Shown: positions 21,348 through 35,379 of the stretch, piece after piece
Position numbering within the stretch: the stretch's first letter is position 1
Layout of the letters: every line of letters starts with the position of its first letter
NCBI RefSeq assembly: GCF_025526975.1
Contig: NW_026515672.1
Span: forward strand, 992,001 to 1,056,000
Direction of reading: 5' to 3'
Origin: Fimicolochytrium jonesii
Lineage: Eukaryota
Length of the DNA: 64,000 bases
Notes under the pieces: model-generated
The model's database searches: none
Seen by the model: the letters and a program-made list of their open reading frames with translations, nothing else
Told to the model about the DNA's origin: nothing
Program-made: the position numbers and the translations under genes

Positions 21348-22963
21348 ATGAACTGGGGTCGGGTTTTCGTGGTGGGAGTTATCCTGCTCATAGCGTTTGT
21401 CCCCATCACCACACAGGTATGTGTATCTTCCTCACTGTTAGACAATCCCTTATGCCCACTTGACTGACACCCAATTCCCATAGTACTTCATTTTTGTCCC
21501 GTGGCTCACTTTCCACCCCGAGCGCTCCCTCTATCTCTGGCTGGGAACCTTCAACCTCGGCGCGGCGTCTATCATCGTCAACTATCTGCTAGGAGTGTTC
21601 ACGGATGCTGGGAGGGTTCCAAAGGACTATGAGCCGCCAAAACCGTCGGCGGAGGGCAGCAAAGGGCTGATGAAACCGAGGTGGTGCAAGACATGCAAAG
21701 TTTTCAAACCGCCACGGAGTCATCATTGTAGCGTGTGCAATCGATGTGTTTTGCTGATGGATCATCACTGTGAGTTTTGGATATTGAAGATCCGATTGAC
21801 TGCTTCGAACGACATTCTGGTGGCTAACATTCTCATTCACTCCAGGCCCATGGCTGAACAACTGCATAGGACATCGTAATCAAGCATACTTCCTGCGCTT
21901 TGTTGTCTCAGTGACTCTTACAGCCATCAACTGCCTCGTCCTCATGGCGTTGCGAATATGGGACATCTACAGCTACCAAAAGCAGTTCGAGAAGGCACCT
22001 TACACCGCGGACTTCTACACCCCGCCCCCAGAAGGACCAGAGGTCGTCTTCATGATGACGAACCTCATCATCCTCTTCCTACTCCTCGTAACCGTGGGCA
22101 TCCTCTCCCTCTACCAACTCCACTACACCGCCTCAAACGTCACAACCATAGAAAGCTTCGAAAAAAGCAAAATAGAAGAGCTCACACGACAGGGCAAGAT
22201 CTCCCCCGACGACGTGATCCCATACCCTTACGACCTCGGCACCTACCGCAACTTCCAACGCGTCCTAGGCCCGCACTGGTACCTCTGGTGGCTCCCCCTC
22301 CCCGCCTACGGCGACGGCATCCACCACCCTGTGAACGACGCCGCCCAACGCACGAAAGAAGAAACAGGCCTCCCCCTGCAATGGCCGCCCAAAGCGTATT
22401 TCATCCACAGACGATTCCCGCACGGCCGCCCATCCCGCCGCGAACGGGAGGAAGAGAAACGGAGGGACAGGGAGATGGGATACTCCCGGCGGAACCATGT
22501 ACGGAGGGGCAGTGAGGGGTACCTCGTGCGACCCTGGACGGCGGAGGAGAGGGAGGAGGAGGTGCGGAGGGCATTGGAGCGGGATAGGTGGATGGCGAAT
22601 AATAAGCCGTTGGTGCAGTTGGATGTTAAACTGCCGGTTGTACGGCCACACGAGGAGCAGGAGGAGGAGGAGGAGAGCGAACCTGAATCGGTGGAGAGCA
22701 CGGATAGCGATTCGACGGATTGGTCGTTTGAGTCGTATTCGGGGACTGAGAGCTCATCTCAACAGGATCAGGATGATGATGGTGACGAGGATGAGGATGC
22801 ACCGCTGGCCAAGGAGTTTACACCAACGCATGTCAGGCACCGTAGGAAACCTGCGAGTGGGCGGCGGCGGCAACGGGAGCCGGAGGAGTATGTGGATGAT
22901 GGCGCGGTGGATGCGGGGTGTACGGGGGATGTGCATCCGGTGGGGAAACCGGTTGCGCATTGA
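21348..22963 (+). CDS. PFA4: DHHC palmitoyltransferase (Pfa4/ZDHHC6-like)
   Basis: Three exons; [61 protein letters not shown]. Confidence 0.92.
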
Positions 22964-23716
22964 TTTAGGGCTTCGTGAATATGGTAGGCGATTGGACATC
23001 GATAACAATGCGTCGGCTATTAATGAGAAATCAGCGTTATGAACAGCGTAGTGCAGATAGGAAAAACGGATGTGGGGCTTAAAAACTTCCTCAATGCGAA
23101 CTTTACTCTGCGGGCATTCAGACGGGTTCGCCTCCTGTGGACGCGCGAAATCCAGTTTGTCCCGTCCGAAAGGTGTGTCCGAATATCTCGGATGGCCACA
23201 TTCTCCAACCCTCTATCCTTTCCTGCCAGTTCCTGCCTTGCTCACAGCCTCGGCGCTTACCCTCAGATTCCCCTTGACCGTGGCATGCAGTGCCAGAGCA
23301 AAATGAGGAAGCAGTGGGTAGGTGCGGCATCCTCCTCCCTTCCCTCGTTCACTTACCTCCCCATAAGGCAAACGACCACCAGTGATAACCAACCAAACAC
23401 TTCCTGAACCGCACCATGGCGGCACAGCCCTCCCAGCCTCGCTCATTCCTGTGGAGCACTTCCCATGACTGCCGTTAATGGACGACATTTATATATGCAT
23501 ACACAATAGCTCCGTTGCTGTGGTGCGAGAATAACCGCTTGGGGGTTGAGAGAAAAGCCGATTGACAGTTTGGAATTGAACGTGGCTGCTGTCAGTCGAG
23601 GCTCCATGCCGTCATTGCTTGCCGCTGCGGCTCTCTTGCAGGGGGTTTTGAGAATTCGAACCCACCAAGGTGGCCAGTCTCTCCCAACACTAACCCTCCC
23701 TTCCAGAGAGCTCAGC

Positions 23717-26651
23717 ATGCGCTTCAGCCTACCCACCGGGCCATGGCTAGTCCTAGCAGCAGCCCTCACCAGCGTCGTCTCCTGCGAACCCGCCCTCGAC
23801 CAAAATGCTGCTGCCGCCGCGGCCAACCAGTCGCTGTTCTGGGGGACATATCGACCCAACTTGTACTGTACGTTAAATGCTTGAGCTAGCTATGGTGTGT
23901 AACGAGTATGAAAGGGGGCTGATATGTTGGGGCTTGTGTAGTTGGGACAAGAACGCGGAGCGCCGATACGTTGCTTACTGGGTTGATGTGGTTCGGAGTC
24001 AATGAGGTGTCGCAGGCTACCATCCAAAGTGAGTTCCAACATATCACCGTCGTAGGTGCTTTCTACGGGTTTAGAGGCATAAAGCTCATCCAGGTTGTTT
24101 CTGCCAGACATCCGCCACACCTGCGAACAAGGCGACGATCTCTCCGGCTACGCGTGGCAAAAGCACGACGGGCGCACCTTCGGCTCCCAGCTCATCAAAG
24201 ACACCCTCAACAAGATCCACTTCAAGACCGAGTTTGTCAAAACGCCCGGCGGGGACCACGGTGGTGACTGGACCGTCCGCGTGTCGGGCGAGCCGTTCGC
24301 GGGCGAGACCGCGGATATCTCGGTGGTGTTTTATGTCACCCGGTATGGGAAGGGTGAGATGCGGTGGACGCAGGTGGGGGGTCATGAAGGGGTGGTCGGA
24401 CACACGGAGGAGTTGGGCGAGTTCACGTTCGCGGTGGTCGACGGGCCGAACAACAAACCCCCGGCGACACCCTCACCAGGCCCCGATGACGCAGATCTGC
24501 GCTCAACGCTGAAAGCGCAGTTCCGCGTCCCGGAGAAGGAGTCATGGAAGGCGAAGGAGATTCTGCAGCAGCATCTGGTGCAGCACGGGCGGGAGAAGTT
24601 GCAGAAAGCGGCTGCGGCGGGAACAGCGCCCTCCGCGCCGCTTGTTTTCACGTTGGAGAATGAGGATGTGCGGGATGCGAATGTGTTTATGTTTCAGAAG
24701 ACTCTCCGCGCCCCGTTCTCGTTCGATGTCGCGTTCCTGTCCCATTCTGCAAGAGCCGGGGGAAAAAAGCCTGATGTGACGGACGTGCAACGCGCCACGG
24801 GCCCCGCGCTGCAGGAAAAGCTGGGCGAAGCCGAGGCTGCGTTTGATCAGCGGTTTGAGGACACGTTCGGGCTGGCTGCAAAGGGGTACGATAAAGACCA
24901 GCAAACCTTTGCACAGTCGCTTTTAGGAAACATGGTCGGCGGGCTGGGGTACTTCCACGGCACCAGTATCGTCGACCGCGCCCTGGAAGGCGTAGAAACG
25001 AGCGAGATCGTCGATTTCGCAGAGGGCGATGATGACGACGATGAAAACGAGGACAGCTACTTTGAGAGCGGCGGCTCCTCCCAAAGCAGATCCTCCAAAC
25101 GCGCCCCGAACCCGCAACTCGAAGGCCCCACCGCCCTCTTCACCGCCGTCCCCTCCCGCCCCTTCTTCCCGCGCGGGTTCCTCTGGGACGAAGGCTTCCA
25201 CCAGCTGCTCATCGGCAAATGGGACAACGATCTCAGTCTCGATATCCTTTCCCACTGGATAGCGTTGATTGATGATAAAGGGTGGGTTGCACGTGAACAG
25301 ATCCTCGGTGATGAGGCGAGGAGCAAAGTGCCGCAGGAGTTTCAGACGCAGTACCCGCATTTCGCCAACCCGCCTACCCTCGTTATGAGCCTCATGGCCT
25401 ACCTGGATCGTCTGACACAGGCGAGGGACACGTTTGATGTGTCGTCGTCACAGCAAAAGATTGTTGCGGCGAGTGATACGGCGTTTTTGAAGGATAGGGC
25501 GTTGCTTGATCGGGAGGCGGCTGTGGAGTTTCTGAATGCGACCTACCCGCGGTTGAGGAAGCAGTATGAGTGGTTCAGGGAGACGCAGTGGGGTGAGCCG
25601 GGGTTGATTGAGGGGAGGGCGGTGGAGGGGTATCGGTGGAGGGGGAGGAAGGATACGCATACGTTGACCAGTGGTGAGTTTACGTACGAGAACTGACCTC
25701 GTAAGGCAGTTCATGAGGGGTCAGGATGGATATCAGGACATGACGGCTGATGCGAAAGGTTCCCAGGCCTCGACGACTACCCCCGCGCAATGCCCCCCCA
25801 CAAAGGCGAATTCCACATCGACCTCCTCTCCTGGATGGCCTTCTACGCCTCAACCCTGAAAACCGTCGCCCACGAAATCAACCGCACCAAGGACATCAAA
25901 ACCCTCACCGCCGACCTCACCGATCTGCTAGCATCCCTTGAATCCCTGCATTGGAACGCTGACTCGCAATCCTACTGCGACGTCTCGATCGACGAGGGGG
26001 GGAAATCATCTTTTGTTGTGCATAAGGGGTATATATCCCTCTTCCCGCTGATGCTGGGGTTGCTACCGGCGGATCATCCGCATCTGGGCGCGGTGCTGGA
26101 TCTTGTGGCTGATCCGAGCGAACTGTGGACGGAGTTTGGGATTGCGTCGTTGAGTCGACGGGATCGCTTTTATGGCACGGGCGAGAATTATTGGAGGGGG
26201 CCCGTGTGGATTAATATGAATTATTTGGTTTGTGCTAGTTTGCATAAGGTGAGTGAAGAGATGGTCTTGGCGGATGGAGAAACGAGGGATGGATATATGA
26301 TGGATATGGCGAATATCTTAACCGGTCCTTGCTTCTCTGTAGAACTACGTCAACGTCCCTGGACCACATCAGAAGCAAGCGCAAGAGATCTACACCTCGC
26401 TAAGAAAGAACCTAGTCAGCAACGTATACAAGGTGTGTCATCATCCCCTCACCGCCGTCTAAACATACTCCAATCCCCCATCCCATCATCCCCGAACTAA
26501 CAAACCCTCTTTCCCCTTTGCTACACAGGAATATAAACGAACAGGCTACGTATGGGAACAGTACTCATCCCAGGACGGCGAGGGCAAACGGTCGCATCCG
26601 TTTACGGGCTGGACTGCGTTGATTTTGTTGATTATGGCTGAGCAGTATTAG
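23717..26651 (+). CDS. CWH41: Mannosyl-oligosaccharide glucosidase I (GH63)
   Basis: Signal peptide; NQSLFWGTYRPNLY, IRHTCEQGDDL, PSRPFFPRGFLWDEGFH, GWVAREQILG, SGLDDYPR, YWRGPVWINMNY, WEQY, HPFTGWT; multi-exon. Confidence 0.97.
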
Positions 26652-27514
26652 ATCTTAGAGCGAGGGATGTCATATTATCATGTTTGACGACACGCCGCGG
26701 TGAGAATGAGACGCGGGTCAAGCTTAAATGCGAGTGGGTGCAGTTGTATCGCCGATTTAGTTCAGGGTTTCCCAAACCGACGTGTTTCGACAACCCAACG
26801 CCATCTCCGTCTAAACATATAAGGGTCTTAACCCTGCATGCAGGCTCAAGACCAGGGAAATGGGCGACGCGACGTCACCAGGTGCTTGGAGAGATGACAG
26901 TTATTTGACAGTCTGGGTGTCATTTCCATTTTTCACCACTGCGTTGCTTGGCGAGACGCTCACACCAACTCTCAGAAGAGGAAAAGGAATGGAGATACTC
27001 TCCTTCACATTGCCTATACGTACGCCAAGAGAAAGCATCATCGTTTCAATGGAGACATGGATATAAGCGTTGACCACCACAGCATCTCACCCCCTTATAT
27101 CATAGCTGATTGACCCATGTCGAGCCGCTTTTCACACGCGCACGCGCAGCAGCCAGGAAGCCAAGATCCACAACCGGGCGAACGCAAAGTCGCAAGCCAA
27201 CTACCCCCGGAAAACAACGCGAAATCCTTAATGTCGTGCTTAACAAAATCGCCACTTCTGCCCTGTGATTATTAGGACGGGCGGGGCGGTTGACGAGGAC
27301 AGCGCATCATCGCCTTTGCCTTCTGCTGCTGCGAGCGGTGTCGCCATATTCCCACCGCCTTCTCTTCCGTCCCATTCCTGGTCCCATTCCCACGAGCCCT
27401 CGCTGTTCGCAGTTTCCCACGCATATCTCCCCATCTCTCATACCACTCATATCCACATCCTCATACACTCACTCTCACTCTCAACCAACACTCAAGGGAT
27501 ACCCACAAGCAGCC

Positions 27515-30500
27515 ATGGTCACAGACCCCGACCACGTCCTCGTCGACCAGGCACAGGCCGAACAACCCGCCCCGATCGCAACAAAACCCCTTCCCACCCA
27601 GGAAACCGCCGACGAAGTCCCTCTCGAGGTCTCCTACGCTGACGCCGTCACCGCTCACCACACTGCCCAAGCCGCTGAGCCTGCTACCCACCACCAGGCC
27701 GCCGAAGATGTCTCCGCCGCTGAGCCTGCTTCCGACTTTATCAAGGACACCACCAAGATCACCGTCCTGGACTTTGAGAACAACTCGGCTGCGTCTGTGA
27801 CCGAGTCGGTCACTGTCGCTAGCGAGGGAAAGCTTTCTGCTGCGAACGCTGGGGATCAGGGGAAGCCCCCTGCCCCATTGAAAAAGAAGCGATCGGTTTC
27901 CAAGCTTGTTCAGATGTTTGAGGTAAGCTAACTTCTCCCAAGGGTTCGTGTGATCTTCATAACCTAAAATTAACCACCGACCGTATCTGCAACAATTAGA
28001 CTGGAACTGTTATACCCCCGACTCGCACCGATTCTCAGGACGTAGGCGATGTCGCTGAAAACAAGACTGAGAGCGAACCTGTTGCGGCCGAGGATGAGAA
28101 AGCCGCTACCGAGAACGTTACCACTGAGGCGCGTGAAACCACCAAAGACGTGGCAGCCACTGCGGAATCTGAGAAGGAGCTCCCCAAGGACGAGACGAAT
28201 GCTACGCCCGTCATCGACGTCGTTGACGAGGAAAAGACCGCCGCGCCCGTTTTGGAAGCCCGTGAAGTCGAAGCCGAGCAGGCCACTGCGGAATCTGAGA
28301 AGGAGCTCCCCAAGGACGAGACGAATGCTACGCCCGTCATCGACGTTGCTGACGAGGAAAAGACCGCTGCGCCCGTTTTGGAAGCCCGTGAAGTCGAAGC
28401 CGAGCAGGCCACTGCGGAATCTGAGAAGGAGCTCCCCAATGACGAGACGAATGCTACGCCCGTCATCGACGTTGTTGAGGAGGAAAAGACCGCCGCGCCC
28501 GTTTTGGAGGCCCGTGAGGTCGGAGCCGAGCAGGCAACTGAAGAGGCTACTCCGGAAGAGCCACCCATGGACGAGACGCATGCCACTCCCGTCATCGACG
28601 TTGTTGACGAGGAAATGACCGCCGCGCCCGTTTTGGAAGCCCGTGAAGTTGAAGCCGATCAGGCAACTGAAGAGGCCGCCTCGGAAGAGTCTACCGACGA
28701 TGTCCCCTCCACTATCGACCTCCAAAAGACTCTTGATGAACATTTGAAGCTTTCGTACGAGCTCCAGAGTCAGTGGGAGGCTGCTTTGGCCTCTGCTGCC
28801 GAGTCGGAGAAGGAGCATGCTGTGTCTGCGGAGGATGTGCGTGACGAGAAGGAGCAGAAGGGAGAACCCAAGGATGCCATCACCGACAAGGTAGATGCCG
28901 CCGCCGTAGAGGAGTCGCACGCTTACACGGTTGATCACCAGAAGACCATCGACGAACATCTCCAAATGTCTTACGATCTTCAGAAGGAATGGGAAGCTTC
29001 CCAGAACGCTGCCAACGAGGCATCTACCGTCGCCCACGAGGAGGAGCAACCCCGGGATATCAAGACAGCCGCCCCAGCTGAGCATGAGGAATCCGCGCGC
29101 CCGCCTAAGCGCGATCTTGACGCTGTCTTCCAGGACACCGTCGTGCCTGCAAAGCGTGGCGTAGCAGCCGTTGCAGCCGCAGAGGACCCTGCAAGCAAGA
29201 AGGCCAACTTGATGGCCGACGACGAAGAGAAGCCTGAGCCTGCGCAGAAGGAAGTGACCGATGCACCAGTCGCTGCTGCTGACGAAGACACTGTCACTCC
29301 CGTCATTGATGTTGTTGACGAGGAGGGCACTGCTGCACCCGCTTTGGAGGCCGGCGATATCAAGGCTGAGCAGGCTAGTGAAGAAGCTGTCGACTCGACC
29401 GCTGCCCACGCCGAAGCTGCCCCTGCTCTGGAGCCCGAGGTGGCTGGGGAACCCGTCGAGACTGACCGCGAGGTTCCCGCCCCCGTCGAAGTTGACAGCG
29501 ACGTCCCCATCCCCGTTGAAGCTGACCGCGAGATCCCCGCCTCCACCGACCCCGAGGCGTCTCCCTCAATCGATGTCGTTGACGAAGAAAAGACCGCTGC
29601 TCACGCATTGGACGCCCGCGAAGCTGAAAACGACCAGGCCAATGACGAAGGCATCCACGCCCCTGCAGCCGTCGATCGCGAGTCCTCCACTCGCGCCGAG
29701 GAAATTCCCATCCCGTCGGAGCACCAGACCACCGACTCCCATGTCGCTGAACAACAAGAGGAAGCTACCAATACTCCCGTTATTGACGTTGTCGACGAGG
29801 AAAAGACGGGCGCGCCCGCATTGGAGGCTTTGGAGGAAAAGGCCCAACATGCGAGCGAGGATGCAGTTGAGGACCGCCACCACCACCAGGCTTCTGAGGA
29901 GGTGGAGGAGCCTGTTGTCCCCGAGCGCGACCCTGCTTCCGGGAAAGCTGAAGAGCCCGCTGTCGCTGAGCGTGAACTTACTCCGGAGAAGACTGAAGAG
30001 CCCGCTGTCGCTGAGCGTGAAGTTACTTCGGAGAAGACTGAAGAGCCTGCTGTCGCTGAGCGTGAACTTACTTCGGAGAAGACTGAAGAGCCTGCTGTCG
30101 CCGATCGTGAAATCGCTTCCGAGAAAGCTGAAGAGTCGACCCCAGTCATTGATGTCGTCGAAGAAGAGAAAACTGCTGCTCCCGCTCTCGATGCCATTGA
30201 CGCTAAAGCCGAGCACGCTAGCGAACACGCGGTCGAGTCCACCCACGAGGCTGACAACCGTCAGATCCAACCCGCCGACGGGGGTCACGAACACGAGAAG
30301 CAGGCTACACAGGAGGCTACGGAGCCCATCGCCACCGCCGACGAGCCTGCTCCCTGCAAAGAAGCCGAACAGCCCGTCGTCCCCGATCGCGAGCTTGCCG
30401 ACGATGCCATCGCTACTCCCGTCATTGACGTCGTTGATGAAGAAGCCACCGCGGCTCCTACTCTGGATGCTCTGGACGCCAACGCTGAGCACGCTGCCGA

Positions 30501-32346
30501 GGATGCTGTCGAGCCGCACCACGTTGCTGCTGACCGCGAGATTCAGGAGGACACTCCTGTTGAACACGAGGAGAGCAAGGTGGTTGAGGAGCCTGTGGCC
30601 GCTGACCGTGAAATCCCTGCCCACAAAGAGGAATCTACCCCCGTCATTGACGTCGTTGATGAAGAGACTACTGCTGCGCCCGCGCTGGATGCGCGTGAGG
30701 AGAAAGTTGAGGAGGCCCACGAGGAGGCCGTTGAGCACCACGAGGACACCGTGGACCGTCAAGTTCCTTCCGTCCATGAAAAGCAGCCCGCCGCGCCTGC
30801 TGAAGCCCCGGAGCCCACCGCCGCCGCTGTTGACCGCGAGATCCCGTCCCACCACGAGGAGGAGTCCGCCGCACCTGCTGAAGCTCCCGCTGCTGCTGAG
30901 GAAGAGATCCCCACCAAGCAAGACGAATCCACCCCCGTCATTGACGTCGTTGATGAAGAGACCACCGCCGCGCCTGCTCTTGGCGCGCGTGACGAGAAGG
31001 TTGAGGAGGCTCACGAGGAAGCTGTTGAGCACCACGAGCGTGAGACACCGGCTTCCGAGCAGGTTGCTGAGGACGTCCATGACGACGCTGCTCCTGTCGC
31101 GGCTCCTGTGAAGGAGGAAGAGGTGGCACCCGTTACTGATGTTGTTGATGAGGAGAAGACTGCGGCGCCGGCTTTGCATGCGTTGGAGTCTGAGGGTGTC
31201 AAGCGTGAGGTGCCCGCGGCTGAGGAGACTGAGCGCGCTGCGAATGAGGAAGAGCAGGTCCCTGCACCCGTTGAGGACAAGCACACCGAAACCGTCGAGC
31301 AGCCCGCTGAGGTCGCCGACCGTGAAATCCCACAGGAGGAGAACTCCGCCGCCGCCGTGGAGCAGAAGCAGGAGGAAACCACACCCGTCATTGATGTCGT
31401 TGAGGAAGAAACGACCGCGGCGCCTGCTTTGGATGCGATTGAGGATAAGGCTGTTGAGGAGGCGAGCGCTGTAGAGACGGAGCGTGATGTGAAAGAGGAG
31501 GAGGCTACACCTGTGAGCGGCGAGCAGGTTGAGACGCCTGTGGCGGATGTGAAGGAGGAGGAAGGTACCCCCGTGAGCAGCGAGGAGGTTAAAACTCCTG
31601 CGGCGGAGCGCGATGTGAAGGAGGAGGAAGCTACCCCCGTACACACCGAGGAAGCCGCTACCCCTGTCATCGACGTGGTTGACCAAGAAACGACGGCCGC
31701 TCCTGTTCTGAATGCTCTGGACAGTCATGCCGAGTCCAAGGCCGAGGATGCTCTCCCTACCCCTGCTCCCGCTCACCATGAACCCGAATCCAAGCCCGCT
31801 GACCGTGAGATTCCCCAAGCTCATAACGAGAACGCCGTCACCGAGGAGCAACCCGCCTCCGTCACCGGTGACAAGTCCGAACCAGCCAGCGAAACTGCCA
31901 CGCCCGCCATCGACGTCGTTGACGAAGACACCACCGCTGCGCCGGCGTTGGAGGCTCGTGAGGCTCAAGCGGACGACAAGATCGACTCCACCCTTCCTGC
32001 ACGTGAGGAGGAACAGACCGCCGCTGAGCCCGAGCACGCGCAGACGGAACGCGAGGTTCCCCAGACTTCTAGCGATGTCGTCGAGAACAAGGACGTCGCT
32101 GCTGAGGAAGAAGCGCACACCCCCGAGACCAAACCCGATGCCAAGGAAGAGGAAGTCGTCTCCCCCGCACAAGAAGAAGCTGAAGCCGACAAGACCGCGG
32201 AGTCCCCCCGCGACGTCACGGACGAGACACCCAACTCCAGGGAACCGTTGGTCGATATCGTCACGGACGAGGTCACGGTCGCCGCCGCTGTCGAGCCTGA
32301 GGTGCCTGTCGCGCCGGCTGGTAGAGGGTACTGTCTTATTATGTAG
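27515..32346 (+). CDS. ~1584-aa acidic (E/A/P/T-rich) repeat protein with C-terminal CaaX (CLIM)
   Basis: Exon 27515-27922, intron 27923-27999, exon 28000-32346 in frame; about 15 copies of TPVIDVVDEEkTAAPaLdA; ends GRGYCLIM*. Confidence 0.85.
28156..28660 (+). repeat. 123-bp coding tandem repeat (41 aa), about 4 copies
   Basis: gccactgcggaatctgagaaggagctccccaa... recurs every 123 bp. Confidence 0.9.
29948..30135 (+). repeat. 45-bp coding tandem repeat (EEPAVAERElTsEKT) x4
   Basis: ctgaagagcc(c/t)gctgtcgctgagcgtgaa... at 45-bp period. Confidence 0.88.
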
Positions 32347-33442
32347 AGGGAATGACGACTGGATAGGACACTACGCATATCAAGAACAAGACGAAGATAC
32401 GCTTTTTTCGGCTTTGTCTCGCCTCATTCAAATCACCACCAAGGACATCGATCACCCATTCGGAGGAAGGAAACGGACCCACCTCTTCGCCATTTGTTCC
32501 TCCATTGAAGCAGGGTTTCCCTTCGAAAAGCACTCTCAATCTATACATCCTCATTGTCATATATCTGATATCCCCCATCGCGATCTTCATTCACTCATGT
32601 ATCAATCCCCACGGACTTAGTTTTCTTCACACTAGTCCCTCCTACACTAGTCCCTTTTCAGTAGCATTTTTCCTCATGTAGTGTTCTTTACTTTACTCTT
32701 TTTTTTATTGAATTCATCTTCCCTGCCGTACTCTGGCTGTTTTCATTATCTTTTGTTTCACCCCCAGCTATTCATCTTAACGGATTCAAGCCTTTTAATA
32801 ACCTCATGTCTTGTGCTCTCATCCTGGGGTCTGTTGAGGTTTCGCCTGTCTTTGAACCTCGCCGCCGCCACCAACAACCGGGTGTGTGCAGCAAGCAGGG
32901 CGCTGGGGTTACATCATAATGCATAGGTCCTTATAACCGCGGGAACGCAGCGGAGGAGGACGCGCCCATTGAGGCTGTTTTTCACGGTCGTCGACGGCCG
33001 GCTTCGGGCCGTTTGCATCCGGGCTGGAATTACATATTATATCACACCGTCCAACTCCGACCCCTGGAATATCGGACATCCGACCATATGATGAGAGAGG
33101 CGGCCGGCCAAATCTGCCCCTGTTGTACATTTTGTTGCGGAGGACGGTCGTAACTCGTTACTCCAGATGTATTGGATCCGATAAGATCCGTGCCGCGCCA
33201 TATTTCTTTTTCTTCGCCTTGCACATGTAGCGGCCGGTGCTCCACATGGAAAGAATACACTGGGAAACAGGATCCGTACATATATATATACGGCGCTCCC
33301 TCCCACCCGCACCCCCATCAATTCATAGATACAGTATATGGGCATTACAAGTTATCAAAGCACATCAGCATCTCCACTCTCAAACTCCACTCTCAACATC
33401 ACATCACTTCAAAAACACTGACCCGACACCCACCCGAAAAAA

Positions 33443-34832
33443 ATGGCCTCGACAACCACCCTAACAGCCCCGTCGCTCCTAGCCAGCAAAAAACCCTGGG
33501 ACGCCCGTCTCGCCGGCCCCGTGCCGCATGACGCGACGTATTATGCAAAGTGCTTCATGTCCGGGATTGTGGCGTGCGGGACGACGCATACGGCTATGAC
33601 GCCGTTGGATGTTACGAAGTGTAGTATGCAGGTGGGTTGAGATAGGGAGTCCGTGCGCTTTGCTGTCCATTCTTCTCGCCGAGTCGACGACGTAGGAGGA
33701 GGTTCCTCATGACACAACCGTCAAGCGATTGTAACAGTGGTATCACACTTACGCGTCGGATTCCTCGGGGACGCGTCTGGCGCTTTTTTTCCCTCGAGAT
33801 CGGAACAAAGCTAACGCATCAAACGCTCTGTACAGGTGAATCCCGCAAAGTACACCGGTCTCGGCCAAGGCCTACGAACCATCATCGCCGAAGAAGGCAG
33901 CCGGGCGCTCTTCAAAGGCTGGGCGCCGACCGCGATCGGCTACGGCGCGCAAGGCGCCTTCAAATTCGGCCTTTACGAGTACTTCAAGGACGCCTACTCA
34001 AACCTCGTCGGCGAGGAATATGCGCACAAGTACAAGCAGCTCATCTGGTGCGCCGGGTCCGCGTCCGCGGAGTTCTTTGCGGATCTCGCCCTGTGTCCGA
34101 TGGAGATGACGAAGGTGAAGGTGCAGACGTCGGCGTTCGGGACCTTCCCGACGGCGCTTGGACCCGCCCTGTCGACCATGATCTCCAACCGCGCTGACAC
34201 GAGGTTCCCGTACGGGTCGCTGGGTCCCCTCTGGGCTCGCCAGTAAGTGGCCGCTGCTCATGCCTGAAGTTATAATCCCACACAATCCGTTAACTCGCAC
34301 CCCTTTTCACCACCCCCCAGAATCCCCTACAACGTCTCCAAATTCTTCTTCTTTGAGCAAATCGTCTCCGGCTTCTACACCTACCTCCTCACCAAACCCA
34401 AAGACTCCTACTCCAAGACAACGCAGCTGGGCGTCACCTTCGCCTCGGGGTACCTCGCGGGCGTCGTCTGCGCGATCGTCTCCCACCCGGCGGACTCGAT
34501 CGTGTCGCTCATGTCCAAACCCGATAACAAGGGGAAGAGTGTGGGGCAGATTGCGAGGGAGACGGGCGCGAGACGGTTGTTGACGGGGGGTTTGGGGACT
34601 AGGGTGCTTATGATTGGGACGCTTACGGGTATGTGTCTGGTTGCCGCATCAATTCGTGTTGCGAAAGGCTCGCCCCGCTGGGATGATGCTGGGCTGGGAT
34701 ATCCATCGCATCGCTAACCCTCTCTTTTTCCTGCCGATTTCCGCGTTTCTAGGCATGCAGTGGTGGATCTACGACTCCCTGAAGACCGCCATGGGCATGG
34801 GAACCACCGGCGGCGCCTCCCCGGTCAAGTGA
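33443..34832 (+). CDS. Mitochondrial phosphate carrier (SLC25A3/Mir1/Pic2 family)
   Basis: CGTTHTAMTPLDVTKC, GWAPTAIGYGAQGAFKFGLYEYFK, SAEFFADLALCPME..KV, PLWARQIPY..KF, SHPADSIVS, MIGTLTGMQWWIYD; 4 exons. Confidence 0.96.
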
Positions 34833-35379
34833 AGTAACCCCGCCAGTAGCAGCGTGCATTCGACGCGCGGCGGCTTTCAACGGACCACGGATCGCCAATA
34901 GAACCCAGAGGCTGGAAAAAGCCGAAACTGTTAACATCGAATCAGGAATATACCATGGCAGAGAAGAGTAGGGAACGTTCAAAGCGCCAATTCAGTAGTC
35001 CTGCATCTAGACCGCACAGATGAATAAGGTATAGTCAGTAACCCCGCGCATAGAACGCGATCCACCCCATTTCTATACGTAGAAGTAGTGTCTTAGTCTG
35101 CCACTCGACGATTAGATGTGATTTGAGCGATGGCTTTGTCCTTGAGCAAATGGTGAATGAAATGGAATTTCCTCATGAAATATAAAAACGGATGCACAAA
35201 ATTTTAAAGGGTGGTTTCAGAGGAGCGCGCGAGACCGTGGGGACGATCGCGCAACACAACGGAAGGAGATGCAGCACGAAGTCGGCCGAAGGGCGGTCGT
35301 CAGCGGGCCCAGTTATGGGCAACGCCCCCGCTCCCCAGATCTCACACCAAGGTAACTATAAGCTAAGCATACCCCCCGT

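Noticed and set aside
27970..32620. Long antisense and alternate-frame ORFs (479, 616, 868 aa)
   Set aside because: Shadow ORFs caused by the repetitive, biased codons of the acidic protein.
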